A stretch of DNA of 64,000 nucleotides. Origin: Saprolegnia diclina VS20 (taxonomy: Eukaryota). The stretch lies in NCBI RefSeq assembly GCF_000281045.1, contig NW_008246150.1, positions 90,177-154,176 on the forward strand, given 5' to 3'. Positions 1 through 14,670 of this stretch are shown piece by piece; the first letter of the stretch is position 1, and each line of letters opens with the position of its first letter. A program made the position numbers and the translations under genes. The notes beneath the pieces were generated by a model that saw only the letters and a program-made list of their open reading frames with translations, did not search any database and was not told the DNA's origin.

Positions 1-460
1 CTTTGCGCTGCTACTAGTACGCAGGGATGACCACGGATCACAGGCCCAGTGTAGCGCTATGGGATTACCCAGGAACGACGCGCGTTGCAAGTCCAACGCT
101 CGAGACGCAATAAAAATCATTTTCTGGACTTTTTCCATTGGCCACACGAATCGCATTTATAGCCAATCCCGTGCGATCGCAACAACCGCGCCACCGAGGG
201 GGCAGCTCGGTCGCCAAGTAGCGGCAGAACACGAAAGCGCTCTTACTGCGTACAGCGAGAGCCGAGGTTGCGACGAGCTCAACATGCTACGTCCTGTCGC
301 GATTGGAGGTGTACCGCAACTGCGACGGCTTGGACGTCGACAGTGTGTGGATAACTCTTGCACGGGATTGGCCAAAATATCCCACGCCGTATCCGAACGG
401 TGCTTTGTATCCGGATCGTCTGGGCCCGTTGCAGTGTCATTTGCGATCTTGCCGTCGAGC

Positions 461-2578
461 ATGCAACCCGGGGTGATGTCCCGTGCCGAGCTGGTGGCGG
501 CCGCCTCTGCCCATCGCCAGCGACAGACCATGTTCCATCTTCCAACGACGGCGACGATGGGCGATGCGCTCGCCTTTGACGCGATGTCGGCGGCCGACAA
601 GGCGGTCGTCGACGAGCTGCTTGCGTGCGGCTGCTTGGACGTGGCGCTGGTCCGCGTGGCGTCGCCGACGCATGTGGTGCACGGCGACCGCGAGAAGCCG
701 CTTGAGGTAGACCTCGACCATCGGCCCTGCGACCTCGACTACTTGTACGACGACGACGAGTTGTATGGCGTAGCACCAACTTCAACCCACGAGTGTACTA
801 TCGAGGTGGTCTGCGACGGCGTCTACGAGGCGAGTACGCAGAGCAACCGCATTATCGGCGTCGCTGCGTTTGCGACCTGCCATGTGCCACTGGCCGTCAC
901 GTCGGCGCTTATCGACAAGCCGCTCGGCAAGGCCATGGACCTCGCCACGTACACGGTGCGCCCAACGAGCTCGCCGACCACCATCTGCATTGCGTTTTGG
1001 CCGCGCATCCACCGTGCGCGCCTCGTCGGGTTCCGCCGGTCGCTTCAGGTGCTTGAAGCCGCGATGCGCTCGACGTCTCGTTGCGGTCGGAAGGGCGATG
1101 CATCGATCGCCGCACTGGCGACCGCAATCAACGGCATGTTTGGCGACGGTATGGACGACGTCATTGCTCTCCACGGCGGCTACGACGTGCCCGACCCAAT
1201 TTCTTTTGGCAACACGCTCCTCGCCCTCGGCGACGTCGACCTGCTTCTCACCTTTCTCCAAGACGGGCTTTCCTTCGATTCGCGCACGCTGGACAGTACA
1301 ACGGCCTGGCTGCGCCTCGTGCTCGAGCAAGTCGGCGCTGCGACGGTGCACCCAGCGCTGCTGCGGCTCGTGACCGCACGATGCACCAACGTCCAGTCGC
1401 TTCATGTGGCGTCTGCGCTGCTCGTATCGATGTTGTGTCTTGCCGGGCGAAATGGCGATCTCAAGGCGGTCATTCAGGACTGCTACAGCGCCATCCTCAC
1501 GGCGCTTTCGCGGGGCGTCGACGGGGCAGAGCCTGATGCCGAGGCCGCGACGCAGCTTGTTGTGCATCTGCTGCGTCTGGAAGCATGGCGATATGACGCG
1601 TTTGGCATTGACGCGTGCGCCAACCTCCTCGCGCTGCTCAAGTCCAAGCACCTGCGTCGACGACTGTGCACGCTGGACGTGGTCGCCAAGGCGGTGTGGC
1701 GCGTGCGCACCGACGTCTCGCCGACGCATCTCGCGCCGTTTGTCGCCCATGTCCAGAGCAGTTTGTGGGCAGCGGTATGCAGCGATCATGACGGGTATGG
1801 TGCATCGCTGGCCGTGCTCCAGGTCTTTGGCGCGTCGACCAAGCTCCTCAAGAAGGCTGTTGCGCACGTGCTTGACCGCTCGTCTCTCGAGTTTGGCATG
1901 GCCGCGCTGCACTCGTACACGTCGCGCGTCGACGTGCCAACGGTGGTTTCCACGAGCATCGACGCGCTTGTCGACGCTCGGTGGTCGTCCACGTCGAGCG
2001 ACGGCGTGGCATGTACTACAAGTAGTACTCTACCGTTCGCTGCCCGCCACAACTACCTCTTGCACAGTCTTGGCAAAGGGCTGTCGGTGCCGGCATCGAA
2101 TGCGTCGGACGCTGCAAAGCGCGCTTTTGCGATGGAGCTAATCGCGCCGTGGCATGCGATGGTAGCCGCCACGATGCCAGCAGCCGCGCGCATGCGACTG
2201 CGGCCGGCGCTCGAGGTCGCGTGGACGACGGTGCTGCGCGAGGCGACGCCGACGATGCACCTGTGGCAGCCACTGCACCTGGCGCTGCCGTGCCACTGTG
2301 CGCAGTGCCGCAAGGTGACGGTGTTCCTTGCCGAAGAGACACGCGGCTTTTTGTACGTTGCTGAGAAGGCCATGTGTCTGCACTTGGCGTCCGTGCTGCA
2401 GCGACCCGAGCCGCTTTTGGGAGCGGTGACCGTCGTCTCTCGCCCAAGCGACCGCACGACGATGCTCTTCAAGCAAGATGGCCAAGCGGTGCGAGATGAA
2501 GAGGACGTGCTGCGTGCCATGGCGCAGATCCGCGCAACGCTGGCGATGGACGAGCCCGCGTCCGAACCCGAACCCTAG
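461..2578 (+). CDS. Hypothetical protein with a C-terminal C-x-C-x2-C motif
   Basis: Open frame 59..2578 (839 aa) with coding-like composition. True start uncertain (ATG at 461, 476 or 529). No family recognised. Confidence 0.65.
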   Translation: MQPGVMSRAELVAAASAHRQRQTMFHLPTTATMGDALAFDAMSAADKAVVDELLACGCLDVALVRVASPTHVVHGDREKPLEVDLDHRPCDLDYLYDDDELYGVAPTSTHECTIEVVCDGVYEASTQSNRIIGVAAFATCHVPLAVTSALIDKPLGKAMDLATYTVRPTSSPTTICIAFWPRIHRARLVGFRRSLQVLEAAMRSTSRCGRKGDASIAALATAINGMFGDGMDDVIALHGGYDVPDPISFGNTLLALGDVDLLLTFLQDGLSFDSRTLDSTTAWLRLVLEQVGAATVHPALLRLVTARCTNVQSLHVASALLVSMLCLAGRNGDLKAVIQDCYSAILTALSRGVDGAEPDAEAATQLVVHLLRLEAWRYDAFGIDACANLLALLKSKHLRRRLCTLDVVAKAVWRVRTDVSPTHLAPFVAHVQSSLWAAVCSDHDGYGASLAVLQVFGASTKLLKKAVAHVLDRSSLEFGMAALHSYTSRVDVPTVVSTSIDALVDARWSSTSSDGVACTTSSTLPFAARHNYLLHSLGKGLSVPASNASDAAKRAFAMELIAPWHAMVAATMPAAARMRLRPALEVAWTTVLREATPTMHLWQPLHLALPCHCAQCRKVTVFLAEETRGFLYVAEKAMCLHLASVLQRPEPLLGAVTVVSRPSDRTTMLFKQDGQAVRDEEDVLRAMAQIRATLAMDEPASEPEP

Positions 2579-2792
2579 CCTCGCCCTAGCCCCAGGTGGT
2601 ATATCATGCAGAACGCGTTGTGTGAAGGACATGTGTCAGGCTTTGATGACCGATCGATAGACAAGTTGTGCTATCTGCAAGTAGTCGGATGCTCTCGCTG
2701 CGTTTGAATAGACTGACTATCGATGGACTGTCTCGCCAAGTGGCTTTGACGCACTGCTAGTTGTCCAATCAAATCAGGCTAGGAGCAGGGCT

Positions 2793-3389
2793 ATGGCTAG
2801 GGTTTGGGTCGCCAACGCCGTCACCGATGCTATGCCAACGATGGCCGTAGAGCACTTGCAGACGCAGCTCGGCCGTGACGCGTCGAGTGCGTCGCCGGGC
2901 GTCACTGTGGACCGCCTCCAGCTCGTCGCCCAAACGTTCAACCTTCTGCATGGGCTTGGCGTCGAGGCGGCGCTGCCAGCGCTCGCGACCACGGCCATCG
3001 AGTCCCTCGCGCGCATCCCGGCGACGTACTTGAGCGATGTCGTGGCGAATGTGCTCTTGCCGTGGCATGCAAAGGTCGTGGCGGTCGAGCTGCCGTCGGC
3101 GCGCCACTTGTTGCAGCCGCTCTTGGCGCGGGCCGCCCCATGTGCTGCGGCGATGGCGGCTGCCGACGCGGTCCCGCGCGTCTGGCCCGTGCTACACGAG
3201 ACGCTGGACGTCGACTGCGCCGTCTGTCGACGCGTCCGGCGCCGTTATCGTGCTGGCCAAGCCGCAGCCGGATCTCGGGTTCTTCCACTGCGATGCTGTC
3301 CGGGCCAACGGCCTCTTGCGGGCGACGCTGTCCATCGTCGCCGCCTAGTTGTCATTATGTCTTGTTTTGGTGCGTGTCACAAAGAATAA
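2793..3389 (+). pseudogene. Truncated or diverged paralog of the C-terminal part of the upstream gene
   Basis: LPWHAKVVAVELPSARHLLQPLL...WPVLHETLDVDCAVCRRV aligns by eye with APWHAMVAATMPAAARMRLRPAL...WQPLHLALPCHCAQCRKV. Could instead be a short functional gene. Confidence 0.45.
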
Positions 3390-4285
3390 TGACAATATTG
3401 TGCTGCATTGTGGGACGTTTACATATTGCGTGGCGTGGGGACCGAAGTCGCGTCTGGTGCTGCCACGTTTCTCACATTTCCCACGGGTTTTTCACGTACC
3501 ATTTCCCACAACCGTATCCGGATGGCATGCGCGCATGCCACGTCATTTTGAAACGCCCGTTCGTGCCACAGCCAACGATGGGCCGCTTACTGGGGACCAG
3601 CCGGGTGGTAGACGCCAAGGAGGACATGACAATGTACAATGTTGTCTGTGCTATTGAGCGTGTCCGAACCATAACCACGACGCGCGTAGAAGTATACGAC
3701 GTGGGTGGTGGGATGTAATGCTGCGTGCGTCAGAGCTGGGCACAGCTACGGGAGCTTACTTTGGCTTCGACTAAGAGCAAGGATCATCGATCGTCTGTAG
3801 ACTGTCTCGTGCTGGGCTCGTTCTGGAGGTCGCTCTGTAAAAGCCAGTGCGCTGTAGAGCGACGGCATTTCCGACCTGATCGCACCGGCAAGACGTGTGG
3901 CGTCTCTGTGCGTCGCGACGCTGCGACAACACCAAGGTTACCTCTGCACTCGACTGCGCTTTCCACTCCTCGTTCGGAGGCCACACTTAGTTAGTTCATA
4001 GAAGTGTACTACGTAGTAGCAGGACAATAAGGACAACAAGACGACGACGTCGCCACGTTGGCACAATGATAAGAGCTCTGATTGGTGGAAATTCAGTTTC
4101 TTTTTCGACATTTGCACGAATCAGGGTCGGTCGAACAATCGTATGTAATTCGACTCTCTTGGTGTTTGTATGCATTGGCTGTCGGGCCTATTTATACGGT
4201 GCAGGATTTCAACCAATGGCATCACGCAACGTCCCGTCAGTCCCCGCTCACAACTTCCCGTGGTCCTTTTCTTCGTCCCGCTGCC

Positions 4286-5848
4286 ATGGCCAGCCCGAGC
4301 CTTAGCCCCGACACGGTCCAGATCTCGATGGCCATTGCGCCGACGCCGGCTGGAGCTCCGCCGCCGATGACTCAGGAGAGCCAAGACGCGCTGCTAGCGG
4401 CGCTTGCCCGCACCACCCTACGCACCTCGGAGACGCCGCCGTTGCCGACGGCCGCGGCCGCGCCCGCGTCGCCGCACTCGCTGCGCCAGCTCGAAGAAGA
4501 CATGGTGCGCTCGCTGCCGCAGTCGCCGCGCGCACGCCCGGCCTGGAAACCGTCGGTCGCCAGCGCCGCAGTCCACAACTCGCCGCGTGCATGCACGCCG
4601 TCGGCCACGCTGCCGTCGCCCGCCGCCGCCGAAGAAAACTGCTGCCTCATCTGCATGGACGACTTTACAGAGCGGAGGCGGCCGTACCCGCTGCCCTGCG
4701 TCGGCGCCTGCACGGGCGCATCCGTGCATTACCGCTGTATCATGGCCTGGCTTGGGCAATCGGGCAGCTGCCCGCTCTGTCGCGGCCCGTGCGATCCGCT
4801 CGCAATGGAGCCCACGCAAACACTCGACTTTACAGGTTCCTTACATCATCCACGCAACGACGAGGGCTCATGCAGCGCGTAGATCTGAAAGCGACCGTGC
4901 TGCGCCCGGTGCCGTTGGACGCTGGCATCGTCCGCTGCTACGTCAAGCAGGTCTACAAGGGCCTCTTCAAGCAGTACGGCTACGAGCTCTACCTGCAAGG
5001 TCGCATTGGTACGGACGAGCCGGACCGGTTCCTCCTCGCCGCCAAGAAGCAGCTGCGCAAGAACATGACCGCCAACTACGCGATCTACACCACGGCCGCG
5101 TGCGATGACGCATCGCGCGTCGGCCGCATGGGCTCGAACTTTCTCGGAACGGTCTTCACCCTCTACGACAATGGCCGGGACCCGCAAAAGGTTCATATAC
5201 AATAGTGTCTATCGTGTCCTATGATTCCTGATCGACAACTAGGTGGCCAAGATCCAAGATGCGACCAACGGCCAAGACGCGCTTGGGCCTGGCGACAATG
5301 TGCTCCAGATCCGCGAAGAGCTCGGCTGCTGCACGTACGAAGCCAACCGCACAAGCGTCGGGCCGCGCAAGATGCGGGTTTGATTCCGTCTTCGGTCGCT
5401 TTGTGCTGAATTTGTGTTGCTTGGCTCTAGGTGTGCATACCGGATGTCGACGAAGCCGGTCGGTCGAGCAAGGTTGTCCGACCTACGAACCAAAAGGACC
5501 GCATCGTGAGCCGCATGGGCGTCGGCGAGCTCACGGTACATGGCGCTTGCTTTGCTCGTGCCAGGCTCACCTGTGTGTGCGTAGGACTTGATCAAATTCA
5601 TCAACCGCGAGCCCGTGTTCCGGGAAGACCTTGGCGCGTACTGCCTCGACTTTGGCGGCCGCGTCTCGATGGCGTCGGTCAAGAACTTTCAACTGATATC
5701 CGCCGACGACCCGGCGATGGGCAACGTCCTCCAGTTTGGCCGCGTCGCCGATGACATGTTCACGATGGACTTTCAGTGGCCGCTCTCGCCGTTCCAGGCA
5801 TTTGCGATCTGCTTGAGCAGCTGCGACACCAAACTCGCGTGCGTCTAA
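4286..5848 (+). CDS. RING-finger (C4HC3/RINGv-like) plus Tubby-domain protein, multi-exon
   Basis: CLICMDD...LPCVGAC...HYRCIMAWL...CPLCR, then Tubby motifs [71 protein letters not shown] intron 4836-4875 and further short introns. Confidence 0.9.
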
Positions 5849-5900
5849 CGATCGACTAAACAACTACCCTCTGCGTTCAATTCTTCCATCTACGAGACGA

Positions 5901-5941
5901 CTAGGGCTAGGGCTAGGGCTAGGGCTAGGGCTAGGGCTAGG
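5901..5941. repeat. (CTAGGG)n tandem hexamer, about 7 copies
   Basis: Read directly: ctagggctagggctaggg... It overlaps the IPK1 stop codon on the minus strand. Confidence 0.95.
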
Positions 5942-7198
5942 TGGTGTACGACTGGGCAATCTCGCAATCGAGGTCGTAGTAAAAGCGCAGCGGCTTGTGC
6001 GTTTTGAGGTCCAAGTCCACGATCGCGACTTGGTACTGATACGCGGTGCCGTCCGGAAGCGTGACACTATTCTCCGTCAGATCCGAGCATGGCGCCAGTG
6101 CCAGCAACAGCGAGCAGTCCTTGTACGTCGTGGCCACCATGAACTCGTCGACAAGTTGTTGGTAGAGCTCTTGCCATTCCACCAGCGTCAGCGTCGTCCA
6201 CGCTCGGCCATGCGTAGCCCTCTGAAGCGTCCGCACCACGGCCTCGGGCAGGCTGCTAGCGGCCACGAGCTCGCCAAGCGTCGTCGTCATTGGCGGCGTC
6301 TCGGCAGCGAGCTGCGCGTTGAGAGCTGTGAGCCGGTACAGACCTAGTGTATCGTGTAGCAAAGTCATGAGGATGACGAGGGTCTACCTTCAATGTCCAA
6401 GCGATCGAGTGCATGCATGCGAGCGAGGTCGTCGAGGACGGGCACGCGCCGCAAGACGGTTGAGAGCAGCTGCCGAAGGTCATGTCGATCGATCGGAAGG
6501 CGGTCGGGAAAGACGCGGAGGTTGTTTTGTGGCGTTGCGAGGAGCTCGTCGAGGGCTTGGTCCATGGTATCGCGCGCAAAGAGCGTGATGGGGCAGTACG
6601 TGCTCACGGCGTCGACCTTGCCTTGGGCGAGCTTGAGCTGCTGGTGCATGCAGAAGCGACACGCGAGACGCTTGCTGTCGTGGACGTCGTCGGAGGCGCC
6701 AAAGACTTTGCCGAATTTCGGTTTGATCTCGACACTGAAGGCGCCCGCTGCATCGAACGCGACGTTGGGCAGCAAAAGCACGGTGCGCATCTCGAGGTTG
6801 AGCTGCGACGCTTGGCGGTGCGCCGGCCGATCCGCTTCAGCGAGCGCATTATTCATCGCATGCAGAAAAGCCGGTGGCACGTCGATGGCCTGGGCGACTT
6901 GGGCGTACTCGACAGCGCTACCGAGCGGCTTATGCGTGGACGCAAAGGCCACGATATCGGAGGGTGCGGCGCCGCGGACGCCCGCCTTGCGGATGCGCAG
7001 CACATGCCCATGGAGTGGTGACGTCGACGGGCCAGTGTAGCGGAAGACGACGTTGGCGCCGCCTTCGGCCACGTACGCCCACTCGCCCGGCGCCAGGCGT
7101 GTTGACGCAACGTCCGCGGGCACATGGCGTGGGTGGCCAGCAAGCAGCATACGTGCTGCTTCGAGGAGGATCGGGCTGTCGTCAGAGAATGATGGCAC
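5937..7198 (-). CDS. IPK1: Inositol-pentakisphosphate 2-kinase, 2 exons
   Basis: Motifs YVAEGGANVVF, VEIKPKFG, CRFCMHQ, YCPITLF, QNNLRVF, KDCSL, IVDLDLK. Intron about 6344-6387. Confidence 0.9.
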
Positions 7199-7791
7199 AG
7201 TGGGAAATTCCCTGTTCGCGTAGATTGCCGTTTGTGCAGCTGCCTGAGAAAGGCGGCTGCACGGGTGGAATCCCTTAAAGCAGTACGTTGCAGCGCTGGT
7301 TTCTCAGACGCGCGGCGCATCGCAGGCCACTCTTCAAGCGGCGTCCGCTGCGCGCTGCGTGAACCGACGACGTGGGGCGACCACGCTGCGTCGACATGCC
7401 CACGTGGCGCCACCTGCTGGCGAGCATGGCAGCGAGACATGGCCAGTTTGTATCAGCTCGGGCCACGATGCCAAGTTCAACCGGAACTTGAGGCGTCGAG
7501 GTCGTCGACGTTGACGCTGCCTGTAGGTATTGCCATGTCCCACTTGTCGCGAGCGTGGTCGCATCCAAGCAGCAGCGATCGTGCGATTGTCGTTGGTGCA
7601 GGTACTACTTGTGCGAATTCGAGTCGACTCCCACGTTGCACCACATGGGTACCTCATTTGGAGGGATTTTCCCGGCTTCTGATTGGCGCCGGGCACATCC
7701 GGATATATCATCAACCGGATGGGCGTGGCAAGGTCGACCGGTTGGGTCAGTTCCATCTTGGCCATCGATCGTCGACTAGCGTCCGTCCGGC

Positions 7792-9204
7792 ATGCCCAGC
7801 ATGTTCCAGACGCCGGCGCTCCAGCGGTACCTGATGTGGAACGTCCCGATCACGCATGCGGCCATGCGCAAGCCGGCGCCACGTGGCGCGCCGACGACGC
7901 CGCTGGCACCGCAAGACCTCGTGACACTTGTGACGCTCAACATTACAGTGCTCTCGATCGTGCACGGCGCGCGCCTCGACGAGCACGACAGTGGCCCGAC
8001 GAGCAGTAGCCACCTTGACAATAGCCAACCGCACCACCGTGGCGTCATGCCCGGTGTCCTCACGCCGCTCGTGGCCAGCAAGTCGACCATGTCTGCAGAG
8101 GCTGGGCGGCGACCGACGCTGCGCCAGCTCCGCGCCGCCTGTACGCCGTTGCCACCGGTCGCCGCCATCGAGACCACGGCTACCAAGAAGACGATGCCAA
8201 CGATTGTACCTGTCCACGACGGTGGCGAGCAGGTTACGGTCGCGGTCGACGAAGCTCCTGCTGCCTCGATGACCGACGAGGACATGCAGCACAGCATGAC
8301 GACGGACGAGCCGACGCCACTTGAAGAGTCAACGATGATCGAGCCTACGATGTTGACGGAGCCCGTGACGACCACTTGCTGCGAAGACCCAAAGACCCTC
8401 ACCGCCGACGAGCCCACGCGAGCGACCACCCTCGACGCCAGCACCCCGACACCCGCTGCGCCGCTCGACAACGCAGTCGTTGTGTCGTCAATTGTTGCCG
8501 CCCCAGCCCTCTCCAGGGACAGCACGGACGAGCCGGACGACGAGGAGAAGATCGCAGCTGAGCCCATCATCTCGGCAGTAGCCACGCCAACCGACGATTC
8601 GAATCTTTCGAAAGAGCACCTTGTCGCAGACGAGCGCTCGATCGCGGGCTCGTCGACTGCGTCCGAAGACGGCGACGACGAGGCCGACCGTGTCTTGTCG
8701 ATCAAGGTCAAGGCGCCTTCGGTGCCGGCCGCGCTGCCGTCGCCGATCGCCGAGTCGACCGAGAACGACGCGCCCGAGCCGCTCTTCTCGATGGACCTCA
8801 TGTCTGACCTGGACGACTCGGACGGCTGGTCGGTCTATGCGTCGAGCGAGTGTGGCACCGAGTCCGAGTCGGTGACGGACACGGGTCGGTCCCGCCGCCG
8901 CAGCCGCATCCCGCGGCCCCGCGACGGTGTCGTCCAGCCCGAGCTCCAGCCGTGCCTGCGCCGCAACAACCGGTCGGCGACGAGCCTTGCCGCCTTGGAG
9001 CACAAGACGGCGCGTCTCGAATCGCCGGCGCGCGCCCGTGGCGACGTCACCAACCGTCTCTACAACCCGTCGTACCACCAAGAACGGGACTCGAAGCTCG
9101 AACAGCTCCGCGCCCAGCGCGAGCTCGAAGAGTGCACCTTCCGCCCATCGACCAACGGCAAGCCGCCGGCCCCCCGGCGACGGCGCCACCGCATGTCGAT
9201 CTAA
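7792..9204 (+). CDS. Hypothetical low-complexity protein
   Basis: 470-aa ORF, Ser/Thr/Pro/Glu-rich, with RLY...ELEECTFRP near the end. May continue in downstream exons. Confidence 0.6.
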   Translation: MPSMFQTPALQRYLMWNVPITHAAMRKPAPRGAPTTPLAPQDLVTLVTLNITVLSIVHGARLDEHDSGPTSSSHLDNSQPHHRGVMPGVLTPLVASKSTMSAEAGRRPTLRQLRAACTPLPPVAAIETTATKKTMPTIVPVHDGGEQVTVAVDEAPAASMTDEDMQHSMTTDEPTPLEESTMIEPTMLTEPVTTTCCEDPKTLTADEPTRATTLDASTPTPAAPLDNAVVVSSIVAAPALSRDSTDEPDDEEKIAAEPIISAVATPTDDSNLSKEHLVADERSIAGSSTASEDGDDEADRVLSIKVKAPSVPAALPSPIAESTENDAPEPLFSMDLMSDLDDSDGWSVYASSECGTESESVTDTGRSRRRSRIPRPRDGVVQPELQPCLRRNNRSATSLAALEHKTARLESPARARGDVTNRLYNPSYHQERDSKLEQLRAQRELEECTFRPSTNGKPPAPRRRRHRMSI

Positions 9205-9551
9205 ACCTCCCACACCACCACCATGTATCTCCGTCCTAGTCGCCGTCGCTAGCCTCCATGTACCCTCCGATAATACCATGCGCGTCTTGTAATAGCAAAT
9301 GCCTACACCATGGCACTCGGCTGCAGCACCCACGTCGCAAGGTGGCAGACCGCAATCCCCTACCCCTTACCTTGGTGTCGGACAACGGCTACTTCGGTGG
9401 TGCAAAGAAGCGGTGGCACCCAAGAGCGACCTACACATCCCCGTGGCATCGCTGCCTCGTCTCTGAGTCAGTGGCTCTGGTCGTACGGTACGCTGTATTG
9501 CCAACCATGGACTTTGCACTCTTTTGCAGCTTACGTAACCCGCTCGTGTCT

Positions 9552-12634
<3,083 letters not shown>

Positions 12635-13251
12635 CCGGAAAACACGGCCACCGACGCGCGTCAGGGACAATCAGCGGGCGACCTCGGAGCCCACAAATGC
12701 TGCACACCTGCTGCTATCGACGAGGCGCTGTTAGATCGACAGCGTGCAAAATGCACGGCTGCCAGCGCGGTTTCCTATGATAAGGGCGGCGATCATCGAG
12801 AAAAGGCCGACGAATCTTCACGAAGGTTGCCTCGTGGAGGTGGTAGCCAAGGTGTAAATGTCATATTGTACATGGTGCGCCGCAGACTGTCGGCTTCGAT
12901 CAACTCGGTGCCGTAGCCGTCGATGAATTACTCAACTGAATCATGCGGCACGATGTAAACAGCAGGAGACGGTCCAGTCCCGAGACTCGAATCAACCAAG
13001 TCCATCGACCCGAAGCGGCCTATTCTGTTGCGATACGTCGTCTTCCATCGCTCGGCCATTTTAGCTCGATTTGGTCGCTCGGTCATACGTGCACCCACGC
13101 GGTCGGAGTAGTTTTTTCTTGCTGACAGCAGCTCTGGTCCAGTAGGTGTGTTGGTCACCGAGATACGCGACTACTACTAGTGGGTTTATGAGAGTTGCAA
13201 GGTCGTAACTACGCGATAGTCTAGCATCTTCACACATGCACTAGCGGTCGG

Positions 13252-14202
13252 TCACGCGCACTTGGTCGTCGGCGTGAGCCCAAACGACGTTGCAAGTAGC
13301 GCGAGAAGCACGTCTTTGTCGTCGATGGTTTGCGTTTCGACGACGACGCCGGCTTCGTATTTTGTAAATTGATTGGCGGTCAGCGTCAGCAGCGTCGTGC
13401 CGGAGCGGCGGACCACGAGCGGCTGCTGCGCCAAGAACGAGAGCGGGCTCGCCGAGCAGTACCAGTTGGCCATGGCATAGTCCGCCTGCGTCGTGGCGAT
13501 CGACGTCGAGAAGACGTAGCTCGGAAACATGGGCTTGTCCTTTCCTGTGCGATAGTAGACAGCCATGTGGTCGCCGGCCACCGGCGCCTTGGCCAGCACA
13601 AAGCTGCCGCTGAACTCGGACGCCGTCCACTGGTGCGTCAGCGCGACCGCAGCGAGCTCGTAGCGCTCACCGTGGGCCACGTCGACGCGCGATTCCATGC
13701 CTGGCAGCAGACGCATCGGGCACGGTGGCTGCCCGCGCCCGCCAAACCCGACATCGCAGAGGTACTTGGCCACGTCGCCGTTACCATCGGTTGCGTCAAC
13801 GACCAGAATCGCATGGCTGAGGCCCGAGAGGTCGTAGGCGGGTTTTTCGGGGTCGTTGTTGGCCATGACGACGCGTGCGCTGTGCGTGGCGACGGCGTAG
13901 CCCAGGCCTCGGAGCACGGCCGCGAGCAGTCCGTTCTGCTCAAAGCAGTAGCCGCCGCGCTTGTCGTACACGAGCTTTTGCACAATATCGACGAGTCGCA
14001 GCGAGACGACTTCGCCGTTGGTCGCGTGCACAACAGGAAAGACGCCGCAGCCCGCCAGGTTCTCGAACGGGATCGCGCGGCTGTGGTGGGCGACGATCGT
14101 CGCCAGCTGCGTGAGCGAGACGCCGGCGGTCAGCGCGTCGCGCTGGAGGCCGATGCGCGCAAGGTACGCATCGATGTCGATGGACGGCGCCGACGTGGTC
14201 AT
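13252..14202 (-). CDS. Arylamine N-acetyltransferase family protein
   Basis: YLARIG, IPFENL, RGGYCFEQN (catalytic Cys), SHAIL (His), YLCDVGFG (Asp). Intronless. Confidence 0.9.
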   Translation of the reverse strand: MTTSAPSIDIDAYLARIGLQRDALTAGVSLTQLATIVAHHSRAIPFENLAGCGVFPVVHATNGEVVSLRLVDIVQKLVYDKRGGYCFEQNGLLAAVLRGLGYAVATHSARVVMANNDPEKPAYDLSGLSHAILVVDATDGNGDVAKYLCDVGFGGRGQPPCPMRLLPGMESRVDVAHGERYELAAVALTHQWTASEFSGSFVLAKAPVAGDHMAVYYRTGKDKPMFPSYVFSTSIATTQADYAMANWYCSASPLSFLAQQPLVVRRSGTTLLTLTANQFTKYEAGVVVETQTIDDKDVLLALLATSFGLTPTTKCA

Positions 14203-14670
14203 CTCGGTACACGACGATGAATGGAAAAGTGCGACGTCGGCGGAACCGTGGCGGCTTCGACCAGCGCGGTCGCGATTCGTTGAAACGACAGATGTTGCAC
14301 CGAGAGAGTGAGTGAGTGCGAATGAGAGTGAAAACAAAGAGCGCATGCGTCGCTGCTCAGAACAAAATCTTGTGCACAAGTCTTGCCACGCGTCGCTGCG
14401 TTGAAGCTGGGCTGCCGACGCTGCTTGCAGCCATGGCTTCAATGACGTACGAGTGCTATACAAGTAGGCTAGTCGAGTGTAGTTGCTGGGTAGCGGGCGG
14501 CCAACTGGCTGCAGTGATTGTGCAGGAAGGTACTCAAATCTTGGCCCATCGGACACGGCTTGTGCGTCGACAACACGAACGTACCGCACGGTATCCTTTG
14601 TGTCTCTTCTGCCCGTAAACCTTTTGCACAGACTAGCTTTCTAAAACTACTAGTATAAATTAGTGAAAGA

